In this document: one piece after another, positions 1-11,313 of the stretch
Numbering within the stretch: position 1 is the first letter of the stretch
Layout of the letters: each line of letters starts with the position of its first letter
Source: Malacoraja senta
Lineage: Eukaryota
Direction: 5' to 3'
Assembly: GCA_038087875.1 (NCBI GenBank)
Contig: CM075992.1
Coordinates: 7,690,001 to 7,754,000 of the forward strand
DNA: 64,000 nucleotides
Notes under the pieces: generated by a model
Database searches by the model: none
Told to the model about the DNA's origin: nothing
What the model saw: only the letters and a program-made list of their open reading frames with translations
Translations under genes and position numbers: made by a program

Positions 1-119
1 CCAACACAGCCTTGCAGGTGGCCAGTATTCCTCATGGTTTGTTTAATATTTTGCTGTCTAATGGCTGTAAGATGAAGATCTTTTGAAGAATCATGCTGGT
101 AAGAAACCACAAGAGCAGT

Positions 120-540
120 GTTTGAACCGGAGGGGAAACATTTTCACTCAGAATGGTAGGTATATGGAAAGCTGCCAGAGGGGGTAGTTGAGCCAGAATG
201 GTAGGTATATGGAAAGCTGCCAGAGGGGGTAGTTGAGCCAGAATGGTAGGTATATGGAAAGCTGCCAGAGGGTAGTTGAGCCAGAATGGTAGGTATATGG
301 AAAGCTGCCAGAGGGGGTAGTTGAGCCAGAATGGTAGGTATATGGAAAGCTGCCAGAGGGGGTAGTTGAGCCAGAATGGTAGGTATATGGAAAGCTGCCA
401 GAGGGTAGTTGAGCCAGATACTATAACAACATTTAAAATACATGTGGACAGATACATGGGTTTAGAGGGATATGGGGCATCTTGGTTGGCATGGGCAAGT
501 TGGGCCAAAGAGGCCCATTTCCATGCCGTGTGACTCTACG
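120..540 (+). mobile_element. CR1 LINE 3' fragment with internal tandem amplification
   Basis: GGGGAAACATTTTCACTCAG...ACAACATTTAAAATACATGTGGACAG...GGCATGGGCAAGTTGGGCC resembles the CR1 ORF2 end and 3' UTR seen elsewhere in the window. Confidence 0.7.
150..415. repeat. Minisatellite, six copies of a 45/43-bp unit
   Basis: Unit AGAATGGTAGGTATATGGAAAGCTGCCAGAGGG(GG)TAGTTGAGCC; lengths 45,45,43,45,45,43. Confidence 0.97.
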
Positions 541-639
541 ACAATGACTTGGTCACATGGACATTGAATATGTCGCCTATCCTCGCATATACCCTAGTTA
601 AAGAATCAGCAATTGTATGGTGCAATACACAAGGTGCTG

Positions 640-1050
640 GAGTAAATGAGAGAGAATGGAGATGACAGAAAGATATGAGAGAGTCTGGGAGAATGTGGGG
701 TTGGAGAGAGGATGGGATTGCAAAGCACCAGGAAAGAGGTGGGAAGAGAATAAAAGGAAGTGGAGAGTGGATTGGAGAAGAGGTGGGAGAGAGGAGTGTG
801 GAAATGAAGAGTGGATGAGAGAAGAGGTGGGAGGGTACACAAGGGAGAAGGTGGGGCAGAAAGAGCGAGAGAAAAATGTGGGTGAGGATTGAAAAGGTTG
901 GGAGAAAGGAAGGTGCTGGGGCAGAAGGGACAGGAAAAAAGGGGAGGAAAAATAAATATGGAAGAGAGTAAAGTAGGGAGGGAGGGAGAGGTGTGGAATG
1001 GGAGTGGGAGGAAGACTGGGAGGGGAATAGGAGAGGAAGAGTGTGAACTC
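640..1050. repeat. Purine-rich (GA) low-complexity tract
   Basis: Plus strand is dominated by G and A. Confidence 0.8.
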
Positions 1051-1469
1051 AGGAGGAAGCTCCTTTCAGCATGTTAAACTTGATTTCTGTTCATCAAATG
1101 GTCAAACATTTATGCATTCATATTTGATATCCTATTTTGAACTATAATATTTCAAGATTTGCTCTTTGATTCATAAATTCCGAATGGTTTAAGCAATCCT
1201 TAAGATTCTGAAAGCTGTACACAAGGGGGGCTCAGAGGAACTAATGTGTTCATTCAGGTCAGGGTTTGCTGCTGAGGAATTGTATAATAACTCAATTTCT
1301 TTGACAAATGCTGTCTTTTCTCATTAGATGAATTAGTTACAAGCTCCACAGGATATTTCAATAGTAAGTTCAGCGTAGTAGGAATCAGACCTGCTGTCTA
1401 ATTGGAAGGATGTTTACAGTGTGGACGGAAAGACTACATTCATAACATTAATTCTAGAGTGCTATGTTC

Positions 1470-2010
1470 ATAAGGTCATATGTTATAGAAGCAGAATTGG
1501 GCCATTCGGCCCATCAAGCCTACTCCGCCACACAAACATGGCTGATCTATCTTTCTCTCTCAACCCCATTTACCATAATCCCTGACACCCTTACTAATCA
1601 AGAATCTATCTATCTCCGCTTTAAAAATATCCATTGATGGCCTCCACTGCCGTCTGTGGCAATGAATTCCACAGATTCACCACCCTCTGACTAAAGAAAT
1701 TCCTCCTCATCTCCTTTCTAAAGGTACATCCTTTTATTCTGAGGCTATGACCTCTGGTACTAGACACTCCTACTAGTGGAAACATCCTCTCCACATCTAC
1801 TCTATCCAGGCCTTTCACTATTCGGTAAGTTTTAATAAGGTCCTCCCTCATCCTTCTAAACTCCACCGAGTATGTTAACGCAATCATTCCTGGGATCATT
1901 CTCCTAAACCGCCTCTGGACCCTCTCCAACACCAGCACATCCTTCCTCAGATATGGGGCCCAAAACTGCTAACAATAGTCCAAATGTGGTTTGACCAGTG
2001 CCCCAGCATT
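1470..2010 (-). mobile_element. CR1 LINE 3' fragment
   Basis: ORF 1621..1938 LERVQRRFRRMIPG...TRGHSLRI...FFSQRVVNLWNSLP is the CR1 ORF2 C-terminus, followed by 3' UTR. Confidence 0.92.
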
Positions 2011-3278
2011 ACATTGGAGAGAGCTGGCTGCTCGGGCACGATCACACTGAGATAAACTGATGCAGGACATGGTCAATGTCCAGGCTCACACGTCACTCGA
2101 ATGATATCTATACTCTGTGAAACGGCAGTGCTTGGTGCAAGCCACTGGAGGCATGAGCCATTTCAGAGGTTTACGAATGTTTGAACTTGCCATGGCAGAC
2201 AGAGCACAGAAATGAACAGACACTAAAGGTTCACAACCAAAGACAACACATAAGAGGTTGAGGTCAATCAATACATCATCAAACTCCAGTTAACAACAAC
2301 TGTAACACTAGTCTCACACACTGCTCTGTACTCACCACCAACAATCTATCAGTCGTCACTTCTGCCGAACATTCACATCCTCAGCACATCTTTACACACA
2401 CTAAGACTTTGACCACATCTGACAGCCAGATGTTGAACCATCACTATGATACACTGCAACATGTTCCCAAACACACTACCAACACCACTCACTGAAGATG
2501 ATACATAACAGGTGCCAGCAACAGTAAACGGGCAGGAAACAAGTTTGCTTCCATTGGAAGAGAGAGAGTATGGGCAATTTTTGGTGCGATTACCACTGAT
2601 GCTCACACTAATCTCTCATTTGCCATGCCCCTCATCGCACACTCTCGTCTGACGTAGAGGTTTGAGATGGTGTGTGCATGCATGAGTCATCCCCTCCCCC
2701 TCACTAATTCATCCTTGTATCTTCAGCTAAAAAACAAAATGCTGGAGAATTCAGCAGACCAGGCAACCTGCATGAAGAGAAATCCACAGACAGCGGCTCG
2801 GTTAGGACTCTTCCTCCACTGATGGAGTGGAGGGGAGAGGGCTAGGAGAGTAAGGGACAGGGACAGCTGGCAAATCATAGGTGGCTATATGGGGGAGTTG
2901 TCTGACAGATTATTCAGAAGGGGGAAGAGAAGCGTGGAGAGAGTAACCAAGGCTGGAGGTGATAAGTGAAGAAAAGGATACAAATGGTGGAGAATCTGAT
3001 CAGAAATGAAGGTGAGTAGTGTTTGCAGAACCCAAGGGAGCGCTGTAGTAGGGAGGGGTGGGCGATGTGGACAGAGGAGGTGGTAGAGGGAAAAGGAAGT
3101 GGGTGACAAGGGCTGGGGTAGTGGAAAGAAGGGGGCAAGGACAGACACACCTTCCTGTAGGCAGCAGGACAGGAGCAGCTGAGCTGGAGGACAGTAATAA
3201 TCTTCGCCTAAAGTCAAAATATAATCTCACAGCTTCAAGGCCAAGGGCATAAAATAGGAATTAAAAGCTGACTCTTAC

Positions 3279-3368
3279 GTCTATACGCCTTGGGGTGTAC
3301 ATCTGGCTTCCTGTCATATCATCACTGTATCCGCCTGTCTGGTGTATAACATGACGCAGGGAATCCAC
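3279..3368 (-). CDS. PBX4: PBX exon 8 equivalent (absent from the ORF track)
   Basis: Hand translation gives [30 protein letters not shown], similar to the recalled PBX1 VDTLRHVISQTGGYSD. Acceptor ttctgtccttcAG, donor GTAAGA, 90 bp. Confidence 0.93.
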
Positions 3369-4640
3369 CTGAAGGACAGAACAAGTCAACTCATCAATAT
3401 CTCCACTGATTGCTGAGCGAAAGCTTCATATTACTGGTCTCAAATCTTCAACCAATCATTAGTTTCTCGACAAATGCAAATGTTTTGTACTCCTTGTTGT
3501 CAGTGTGGGCTGTTATAGACAGGACATCTCATTTCTCAAGATCAATCACAACCTCAAATCAAAGTGACTTCTCCTTCATAATCTCTTCCCTTACTCGTGC
3601 TAAGGCTATGGTTTCCACAGTATATTTCATTTGGTCGTTATGACTTTGGAGCAGGTAATTGAGAACATTGTGTTTGTATCTGATAAGGATATGAAATAAT
3701 AAATAGTGAAAATTAGCGATGCGTAGACTTACAATATACAGCTTGCACGGGAAGCTGGAACCTAGAGTGATATTTCTCGGAATCCAGCGGCATGGAGAGG
3801 TGGGTCCAGTTACAACATATAAAAAAGGGGGAACTTGAAGGAATGAAAGATGATATTTGATTTGAACACTGAATTTCAGAGTTTAGCAGCAATTTATTTT
3901 GTCTAAAGATGATCTCTAACCCCTGTTTTGTAAATATTTTAGCTGGATTTTCTCATTCAAATCTGTGCTAAACAGCAAACATTAGACTCTCCAAATACAT
4001 ATGTTTGATTGCAGCAGTCTCTAGGAGGGCGCACAGCATAGCATTTTTCCTGATTCTTGTGTAAGCTTTCCAGATAAAAATATTTAGAAACACAGAACAA
4101 TCAGTTTTGCTGCTTTAAATCCCCATTAAGTAGTGCCAAGATACCTCATTTAAACAGTCATTAGTAAGTTTCCTTTTGGATCTGATTTTACCTAAAAAGG
4201 GATACTCTGAATCATCTATGCTTAACAAATCGACGACCTGTTCTTGAATTATCACCACATTTGCCTGAAATTTCCATCACCACTATTTTGGTGGAGGCGT
4301 TACTTAAACAAAACATGCGACAGATGGAATTGATAGGGCAAATAGTACAGAAGAAGCTGGTTAATAACAACATGAAGGAAAATGAGGGTATGGACGCATG
4401 CTGAACAGGCTGTGTTGGGGGTTGTAAGTTTTGTATAATACCATCTGACCAGGGCAATATCTATGCTGAATAATGGAGGCTCAGCAAGCAACCCAAGCTG
4501 CTTAAAAAGATATTACAGAACAAAACTTGGCCTTCCTCTTTCAATTCCAAGTGCTGACTATTCCAGTGACCTACTTCCATTCGAAGTAAAGCCCACTGCA
4601 GTTGTGAGCTACATACTCTCAAATCTAATGAGAAGCTGAA

Positions 4641-4950
4641 GGGGCGGCACGGTGGCGCAGCGGTAGAGTTGCTGCCTTGAAGCGCCTGAGATGCGGGTTC
4701 CACCCTGTCTCTATGGGGTTTGTACGTTCTCCCCGTGACCTGCGTGGGTTTTCTCCGTGATCTTCGGTTTCCTCCCACACTCCAAAGACGTACAGGTTTG
4801 TAGGTTAATTGGCTTGGTATAAGTGTAAATTGTCCCTAGTGTGTGTAGGAGTGTGTTAGTTTGTGGGCATGGCTGGTCGGTGTGGATTTGGTGGGCCGAA
4901 GGGCCTGTTTCCATGCTGTATCTCGAAGATAAACTAAGAAACTAAACTGT
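4641..4950 (+). mobile_element. tRNA-derived V-domain SINE (HE1-like)
   Basis: GGGGCGGCACGGTGGCGCAGCGGTAG (A box), GGGTTC (B-box remnant), V-domain-like GTTTGTACGTTCTCCCCGTG, CR1-type tail GGGCCGAAGGGCCTGTTTCCATGCTGTATCTC and TAAAC repeats. Confidence 0.88.
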
Positions 4951-5189
4951 ACAAGGTGGAACCAGTGGAATGGGTGCATTTCCCAGAATCACATTTCAAA
5001 CTTTAGCAACGATTGCTTTTTATCCCCTAAAACTAGAAAAAATCACCAATTTTGCTTTATGAAATTTGCAAAGCAATTGTGTCAAAACATAATTTTAAGC
5101 TCTCCATGATAATGTCACTTCCTACCTCTCTCATCTCCTGAAGTCTATCAGTCTCAATGTCTTAGCTTGTAGTACTTGCTATCGAATGT

Positions 5190-5520
5190 AGAACATAGAA
5201 CTGTACAGCACAGGAATAAGCGCTTCGATATACACAATGTCTGTTGAACATGATGCTAAGACCAACACTTATCTACCTGCACATAAATTATATCCCTCCA
5301 TTCCCTGCATTTGTGCTTATACAAACATCTCTTAAATGCCACTATTGTATCTGCCACCACCACTACCCCTGACAGCTCGTTCCAGGCACCCACCACCCTC
5401 TTGCCTGCACATCTCGTTTAAACTTTTCCCATCGCACCTTAAAACTATGTCCCCTAGTATTTGATATCCCTACCATGAGTATTTGATATATCCATCCCGG
5501 GAAGACTGTCCACCCTACCA
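5190..5520 (-). mobile_element. CR1 LINE 3' fragment (degraded)
   Basis: NTRGHSFKVRWEKFK motif in ORF 5363..5554; TAGAACATAGAAC tail. Confidence 0.75.
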
Positions 5521-5614
5521 TTGATTGTTTTGATTGCTCCATCAGTGACAGCACTGTCTAGACTGAAAGGTCTCTCTCTCATTCGTTAAAGTATAACTCT
5601 CTTGCCATGTTACT

Positions 5615-5752
5615 GAAGCCAATTACCCTCTAAACCTGTACATCCTTGGAGTCTAGGAGGAAACCGGAGAAATCCACGTGGTCACAAGGAGAATGTACAA
5701 ACTCCGTAAAGACACCAGCCGTAGTCAGGATCGAACCCGGGTCTCTGGAGCT
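5615..5752 (-). mobile_element. V-SINE fragment
   Basis: Reverse complement of the V-domain and B-box region (AGGAGAATGTACAAACTCC...GGATCGAACCCGGGTC); same family as 4641..4950. Confidence 0.8.
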
Positions 5753-5753
5753 C

Positions 5754-5786
<33 letters not shown>

Positions 5787-6074
5787 TTGAGAGAGAGGCG
5801 CCCTCCGCCTTCCTGGACCAGAGGATTTTTCCCATTAAAGAAAAATCAGAGAGATATTAATGTTTTTTTTAAATTGCCATTCTCTCTGCTGCCCCTGCTG
5901 GAGGGAAGGGGAGGGACTATAAAACCAGGAAGTGGTGTGCCTTACTCAGTTTCTGCAAGATGGAGGAAGCCAGAGGGTCACGTCTCTCTGAGCTCTGAAT
6001 AACACTGAACACATGTCAACTCAACTGTGAGTGCCCTTAATGTGGGTTGAAAATGAAAATATGGTTGGTTTGAA

Positions 6075-6446
6075 GTAAAAAGGCACTGCCTGCAAATGGT
6101 TGTTTGGGGGGGTTGGGTTGAAGTGAAAAGGCACTGCCTGCAAATGGTTGTTTGGGGGGGGGGGGGTTGGGTTGAAGTGAAAAGGCACTGCCTGCAAATG
6201 GTTGTTTGTTGGGGTTGGGTTGAAGTGGAAAAGCACTGCCTGAAAATGGTTGTTTGTGGGGGTTGGGTTGAAGTGGAAAGGCACTGCCTGCAAATGGTTG
6301 TTTGGGGGGGTTGGGTTGAAGTGAAAAGGCACTGCTGCAAATGGTTGTTTGGGGGGGTTGGGTTGAAGTGAAAAGGCACTGCTGCAAATGGTTGTTTGGG
6401 GGGGTTGGGTTGAAGTGAAAAGGCACTGCCTGCAAATGGTTGTTTG
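6075..6446. repeat. G-rich minisatellite, about 48-bp unit, about 7-8 copies
   Basis: Unit GGTTGGGTTGAAGTGAAAAGGCACTGCCTGCAAATGGTTGTTTGGGGG. Confidence 0.95.
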
Positions 6447-6835
6447 TCTAAACTTGACAACTTCCTGTTTGCACTATATTGATTTTAGATAAAACGCTAC
6501 CACTTACGGCTGTGATTTTTGGCCATCTTACTCAGTTCCCCTCTGCTCATCAGGTGCAGAGGATTCTTCCCATCAATAAAAAACAAAAGTGTTATTAGTG
6601 TTTAAAAAATGCTGAGAATCTCTCTCCTGTCAATCACGCCATGAAGGCCACACCTTTTCCCGTGGGAGGGGGAGGGATTATAAAACCCGGAAGTGTAGGT
6701 GTTGCTCAGTCTCTGCATGATGGGGGAGGGAGAGGTCACGACTCTGTCTGAGCTGTGAATCAACTGAACACACTGAATGTCTACTGAACTGAGTGTGGTG
6801 TTTTGTGTGGTTTTATGGTGGTTTTATGGTGGTTT

Positions 6836-7190
6836 CACCCTGCTTGAAATAGTATGAAACTGCATTTGAATGTGGTGGCCTTGGCCTTGCACGAAATGGT
6901 ATGAAACTGCATTTGAATGTGGTGTCGTTGCACCCTGCATGAAATGGTATGAAACTGCATTTGAATTTGGTGGCCTTGAAACCTCCTTGAAATGGTATGA
7001 AACTGCACTTGAATTTGGTGGCCTTGCACCCTGCTTGAAGTGGTAGAAAACTGAACCTGAATTTGGTGGCCTAGCACCCTGCTTGAAGTGGTATGAAACT
7101 GCACTTGAATTTGGTGGCCTTGCACCCTGCTTGAATTGGTAGGAAAATAGATTTGGAATTTGGTGGCCTTGCACTCTGCGCAAAATGGAA
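6836..7190. repeat. Minisatellite, about 48-bp unit, about 7 copies
   Basis: Unit CCCTGCTTGAAATGGTATGAAACTGCATTTGAATTTGGTGGCCTTGCA. Confidence 0.95.
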
Positions 7191-7477
7191 TTTCAAGGAA
7201 TAGCCGTGAGTCAACTGCCAGCCCACCAGCCGTGAGTGAGCTGCCAGCATATCAGGCTTGAGGGACTGAGCTGCCACCCCAAGAATCCATTTGGCCCACA
7301 ATGTCCATACTAGCCCTCTGGAGACCAGTAGTCCCTGCAGCCAACAACACCCATACCAGCGCTACAGAAAGCCCCCCCCGGCCATCAATATTGGAATTGG
7401 TGGAGAGGTGGAATATTGCGTCGGGGGACCAGCCCTCCCGTGTGAATATGGGACCCAACGGGTCCCACTTAGTCTAG

Positions 7478-7623
7478 TAGCTCATAAAGATAGTGGAGTC
7501 AAGGGATATGCTGAGAAAGCAGGAATGGGGTACTGATTGTGGATGGTCAGCCATGATCACAATGAATGGCGGTGCTGGCTTGAAGTGCCAAATGGCCTAC
7601 TGCACCTATTGTCTATTGTCTAT
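7478..7623 (+). mobile_element. CR1 3' tail
   Basis: GATAGTGGAGTCAAGGGATATG...GCCATGATCACAATGAATGGCGG...CCTATTGTCTATTGTCTA. Confidence 0.85.
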
Positions 7624-7954
7624 CATATCGACAGATCCTTGAAGGTAGATAAATTAGTTAAGAAGGTATATCGAGTACTTGCTTCATCAATGTAATAAAA
7701 AGGAACCGCAGATGCTGGATTATACCAATGATAGATACAAAATGTTGGAGCAACTCAGCGGGTCAGACAGCATCTCTGGAGAACATGGACAGGTGACAGT
7801 TCGGGTCGAGATCCTTCGTATGAAGAAAGTCCTGACCCAGCATTTTGTGTCTATGCTTGCTGCATCAACGCTGACACAGGATATGTGAACAGTGAAATAA
7901 TGCTGGAAATGTATTTTAAAAAAGGACTTATTCCATGGCTAGAGATCTGAATGT

Positions 7955-8072
7955 TTACGAAGGAACTGCAGATGCTGGAAAAATCTAAGGTAGATAAAAA
8001 TGCTGGAGAAATTCAGTGGGTGAGGCAGCATCTATGGAGCGAAGGAATAGATGACGTTTCGGGTCGAGACCT
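7955..8072 (-). mobile_element. Penelope pLTR-derived short insertion
   Basis: AAGGAACTGCAGATGCTGG...GACGTTTCGGGTCGAGACC flanked by 13-bp TSD GAGATCTGAATGT (7942-7954 and 8073-8085). Confidence 0.8.
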
Positions 8073-8629
8073 GAGATCTGAATGTGCTTTTGGTCACCAC
8101 ACTACAGGAAAAATGTCAAAGCAGAGGAGAAGATGTTATTAGGACTGAAGAATTATCATGAGAACTGTAACGTTAGAAGCAGAAGATTAAAGAGAGACTT
8201 AATTGAGCCATATAAAAATATAAGAGGCCTGAACATGGTGAACTGGAAACGTCTATTTGCTTGGCAGAGAGGTTGATAACATAAACTAAAGGCAGAGATT
8301 TGTTAATGAGCAAGCAGCTCAGAGGTGCATTACTTGCAGAAGCCCTTATTACATATAAAATGCAGCCAATGGACACATCAAGAGCTGTCATTTAGAGAGT
8401 GTAAGCGACCAAAACAGCTCCTATTTGACTGTCATGATATGATAGACTGAATGGCTTTTACTTTGCTGTGGATGTCCATGATTCTAGAGGTGTTGTATGC
8501 AGTGGGTAAGAATAATAGGCACCGAGGATTGGAAATAGAGGACTAATCTTGTCTGCTCACTGAAATGTTGGGTGACACAGTCTGTATTGGTTTGGTAGAA
8601 GTTATTGAGTGATAAGTAGTGGCCGGGAC

Positions 8630-8790
8630 CCTGGGAAGAACTCCCCTGCTCTTTTTCAGTCTGGTTTTAAACATCACACGAGGGAACAGGCGAGTTTAAC
8701 ATCTCATCTGAAAGTTGTAACCTCTTACACTACAGCACATTCTTAATGATGTACTCAAGTCCCTGGATTGCAATGAACTCATGTGTACAA
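8630..8790 (-). mobile_element. Degraded Deu-domain SINE-like relic
   Basis: GAACTCCCCTGCTCTT...GTTTAACATCTCATCTGAAAG...ACTCAAGTCCCTGGA resembles recalled chondrichthyan Deu-SINE sequence. Confidence 0.45.
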
Positions 8791-9804
8791 TAAGTCATCA
8801 ATTGACAACGTATATTGCAGTAATAATTTTAAATGTGCTCTTTGGACTTTAACTACTGAAGACTCACACAGAGGGTATGAAACTTTGATTTTCTATCCAT
8901 TTTTTCCTTTAATGTTGTTGCCCACCAGTCTTTATCCATTTTTGAAATGGTCATAGTCAGACAGCAGAGAAACAGGATCTTCGTCCGAACTCATCCAATG
9001 CCAACTTAGATGGCCCATCCAAGCTAGTCCCACTTACCCATAATCCTTCTTAACCTTTCCTTACAACCCTTACCTGTTCAAATGCCTTTTAAGTGTTGTT
9101 GTTAAATGTTCTTATTGTAACTGGCACAACTATTCCACATAAGCTCCACCCAGTGTGAAAAAGTTGCCTCGTATATTTTTATTAAACCTTTCCCCTCTCA
9201 CCTTCAAACTATTCCCTCCGTTCTTCATTCTCCTATCCTCAGAAAAGGACTCTGCGCATCCTGCCTATTCTGTTCATAATTTTATACACCTCTCGGCTTC
9301 CCGTTCTTCAAGAACTGAGGTCCTAGGCTTCCCAACCCCCCCCTGCAGCTCATATCCTCGTGTCCTGGCAACATTGCCTTGTAACATAACGCCCAATGTC
9401 TAGACTCCATTCATTGTCTGATAAAGGCCAAATGTGCCAAATTCCTTCTTCAACACACTATCTACCTGTGTTGCCACTTACGAGGAGGTGAGGAATAATT
9501 ACCAATGTCAAAGATACTGTGCAGGAAAAAGCCAAAATGCAGCATTGAACAAAATATGGATGTAATATGAGCTACATTGCACAGGTGAAGTGATGGGAGC
9601 AAAGCACCTTAGCAAATCTAACATTCAAAAACTGGAACATTTTGTTCTTTTAGTAATTTCTGTAAGCACCATGGTTTTACTCTCAGCCCTTTCCTTCCAA
9701 GTTTATTCTTGCATTAATATTCTGTCTGAAGTTGGAACAGTGACATTATACTACCATTATTATTACCATGGTTAATTTTCCATTCCTTCTTGGGCTCACA
9801 GCTT

Positions 9805-10169
9805 CAATAGACAATAGGTGCAGGAGTAGGTCATTCGGCCCTTTGAGCCAGCACCGCCATTCAATGTGATCATGGCTGATCATCCCCAATCAGTACCTTC
9901 TCCCCATATCCCCTGACTCCGCTATTTTTAAGAGCCCTATCTAGCTCTCTCTTGAAAGTATCCAGAGAACTGGCCTCCACTGCCCTCTGAGGCAGAGAAT
10001 TCCACAGACTCACAACTCTCTGTGTGTAAAAGTGTTTCCTCGTCTCCGTTCTAAATGGCTTACCCGTTATTCTTAAACTGTGGCCCCTGGTTCTGGACTC
10101 CCCCAACATCGGGAACATGTTTCCTGCCTCTAGCGTGCCTAAACCCTTAATAATCTTATATGTTTCAAT
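9805..10169 (-). mobile_element. CR1 LINE 3' fragment (young)
   Basis: ORF 9870..10214 ETYKIIKGL...TRGHSLRI...LWNSLPQRAVEA; (CTATTGT) tail. Confidence 0.93.
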
Positions 10170-10394
10170 GCTTTTACCACCTACTTGATTGGAGAAGCTC
10201 AAAAATAAAAACATCTAATACAGAACTGGCTAATTCAAAGATGCTGATCAAGATCATAACCCATAGCACCAGCATTACCACTTTGTTGTTCTTCTGCTCA
10301 GATGTTTCTCTGGAACAGTTCACCAGGAGATTGGTTTCCTGAGGTTTCAAACAGCAGTAATCTTTCTTTGTCCATGAGCCTATACACAGAGTCT

Positions 10395-10690
10395 ATGCTC
10401 TTAGGAGAACCTTTTTCCCTGTGGCTAGCAAACTGTACAACTCCTTACCCTTCTGCCGTGGGGGTAGAATGACTCCCCCCCCCCCCCCCCCCTCCTCCCC
10501 AATTTTTGCACTAAGGCAAATTCCTTGTATGCGAATACTTGGCCAATAAACTTATTCCTTCATTCATTCACATCCCCAATGCTGGACTTTCCACTCGTCA
10601 CTTTAATTTCATGTTTCATGTATCGTGTTGTGTTTTATGACTGTTGGCAGATCAATTTCCCTCCTGGGATAAATAAAGTTCTATTGTGTC
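10395..10690 (+). mobile_element. Rex1/Babar-type LINE 3' end interrupted by another short tail element
   Basis: RRTFFPVASKLYNS-like C-terminus; 3' end AATTTCCCTCCTGGGATAAATAAAGTT. The inner AAGGCAAATTCCTTGTATG...AATAAA...(CATT)n tail recurs near 14617, 30300 (minus) and 43720. Confidence 0.6.
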
Positions 10691-10879
10691 GTGTACACTA
10701 TGACAACAAAGGCGCCCAAAGCTCACATACCACGAACACACAAGGATTAGCAGGAGATTCTGGCTAGCACACAGGAGCAGGATTTAGTCATCTTTGCAGC
10801 TTCCACGCTTGTGGACTGCGATTGTTTTTCTAATTTCTTTGAGATGTGCCGTACTCCAAATGCATTGTCCTATGCCTAC

Positions 10880-10992
10880 CTGTGCCTGTACGTTAGCTCC
10901 AACTTGAGAACCCTGGTAAGAATCCCCATTCAGTGACTGCATGTTCATGAATAAGTCTCCAGAGTTTGGCATGTTAAAAGAACCAGAAGAAC
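10880..10992 (-). CDS. PBX4: PBX exon 7 equivalent (a-isoform cassette exon)
   Basis: [38 protein letters not shown]. Strong polypyrimidine acceptor ctctttcctttccAG, donor GTAGGC, 113 bp. Confidence 0.95.
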
Positions 10993-11313
10993 CTGGAAAG
11001 GAAAGAGTCAGGCACCGGAATCACACACAGATTACACACAGTATGTCTCCCCTTGAGGCAAGCACTGAGAGAGTGCCAACAGGAAGGGGGGAATTCAGAA
11101 TCAAAGATGCATGCACCCAAAATGCCCAGATTAATGTTCAGCATGCTCACAATCATCTGTTAGTTACATGCATTATGCAACCTGAAGAATTTAATTTTGG
11201 TTATTCAATCATTAAATTAGCTGATAGTAGGAAGAGTAAGTAATCAGTTGAAAGAAAGTAGATTATTATTGTTTAGACAGTGTCTGCCTTAGTTTGAGAA
11301 TACCTTAAGAATA

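Larger units (their letters stand above)
5752..7477 (+). mobile_element. Putative non-autonomous Helitron-like element with two minisatellite arrays
   Basis: 3' hairpin GGGACCC-AAC-GGGTCCC (7450-7466), then CTAG ending 11 nt later (7474-7477), followed by T. The 5' boundary is uncertain (TC then (GT)n). Confidence 0.7.

Noticed and set aside
32..508. 158-aa and 99-aa ORFs with repeating peptides
   Set aside because: Translations of the 45-bp tandem repeat, not genes.
598..1077. ORFs in the GA-rich tract
   Set aside because: Low-complexity sequence depleted of stop codons; no domain similarity.
2086..2606. Possible final PBX exon
   Set aside because: No frame resembles the expected ANGGWQDATTPSSVTSP-type terminus; the last exon is probably left of the window.
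4641..4705. tRNA gene
   Set aside because: The A/B boxes belong to a SINE head; there is no complete cloverleaf and it continues into V-domain and CR1-type tail.
5978..7190. Repeat arrays resembling CRISPR arrays or repeat proteins
   Set aside because: Head-to-tail units without unique spacers, in a vertebrate intron with no cas genes; the ORFs are repeat artefacts.
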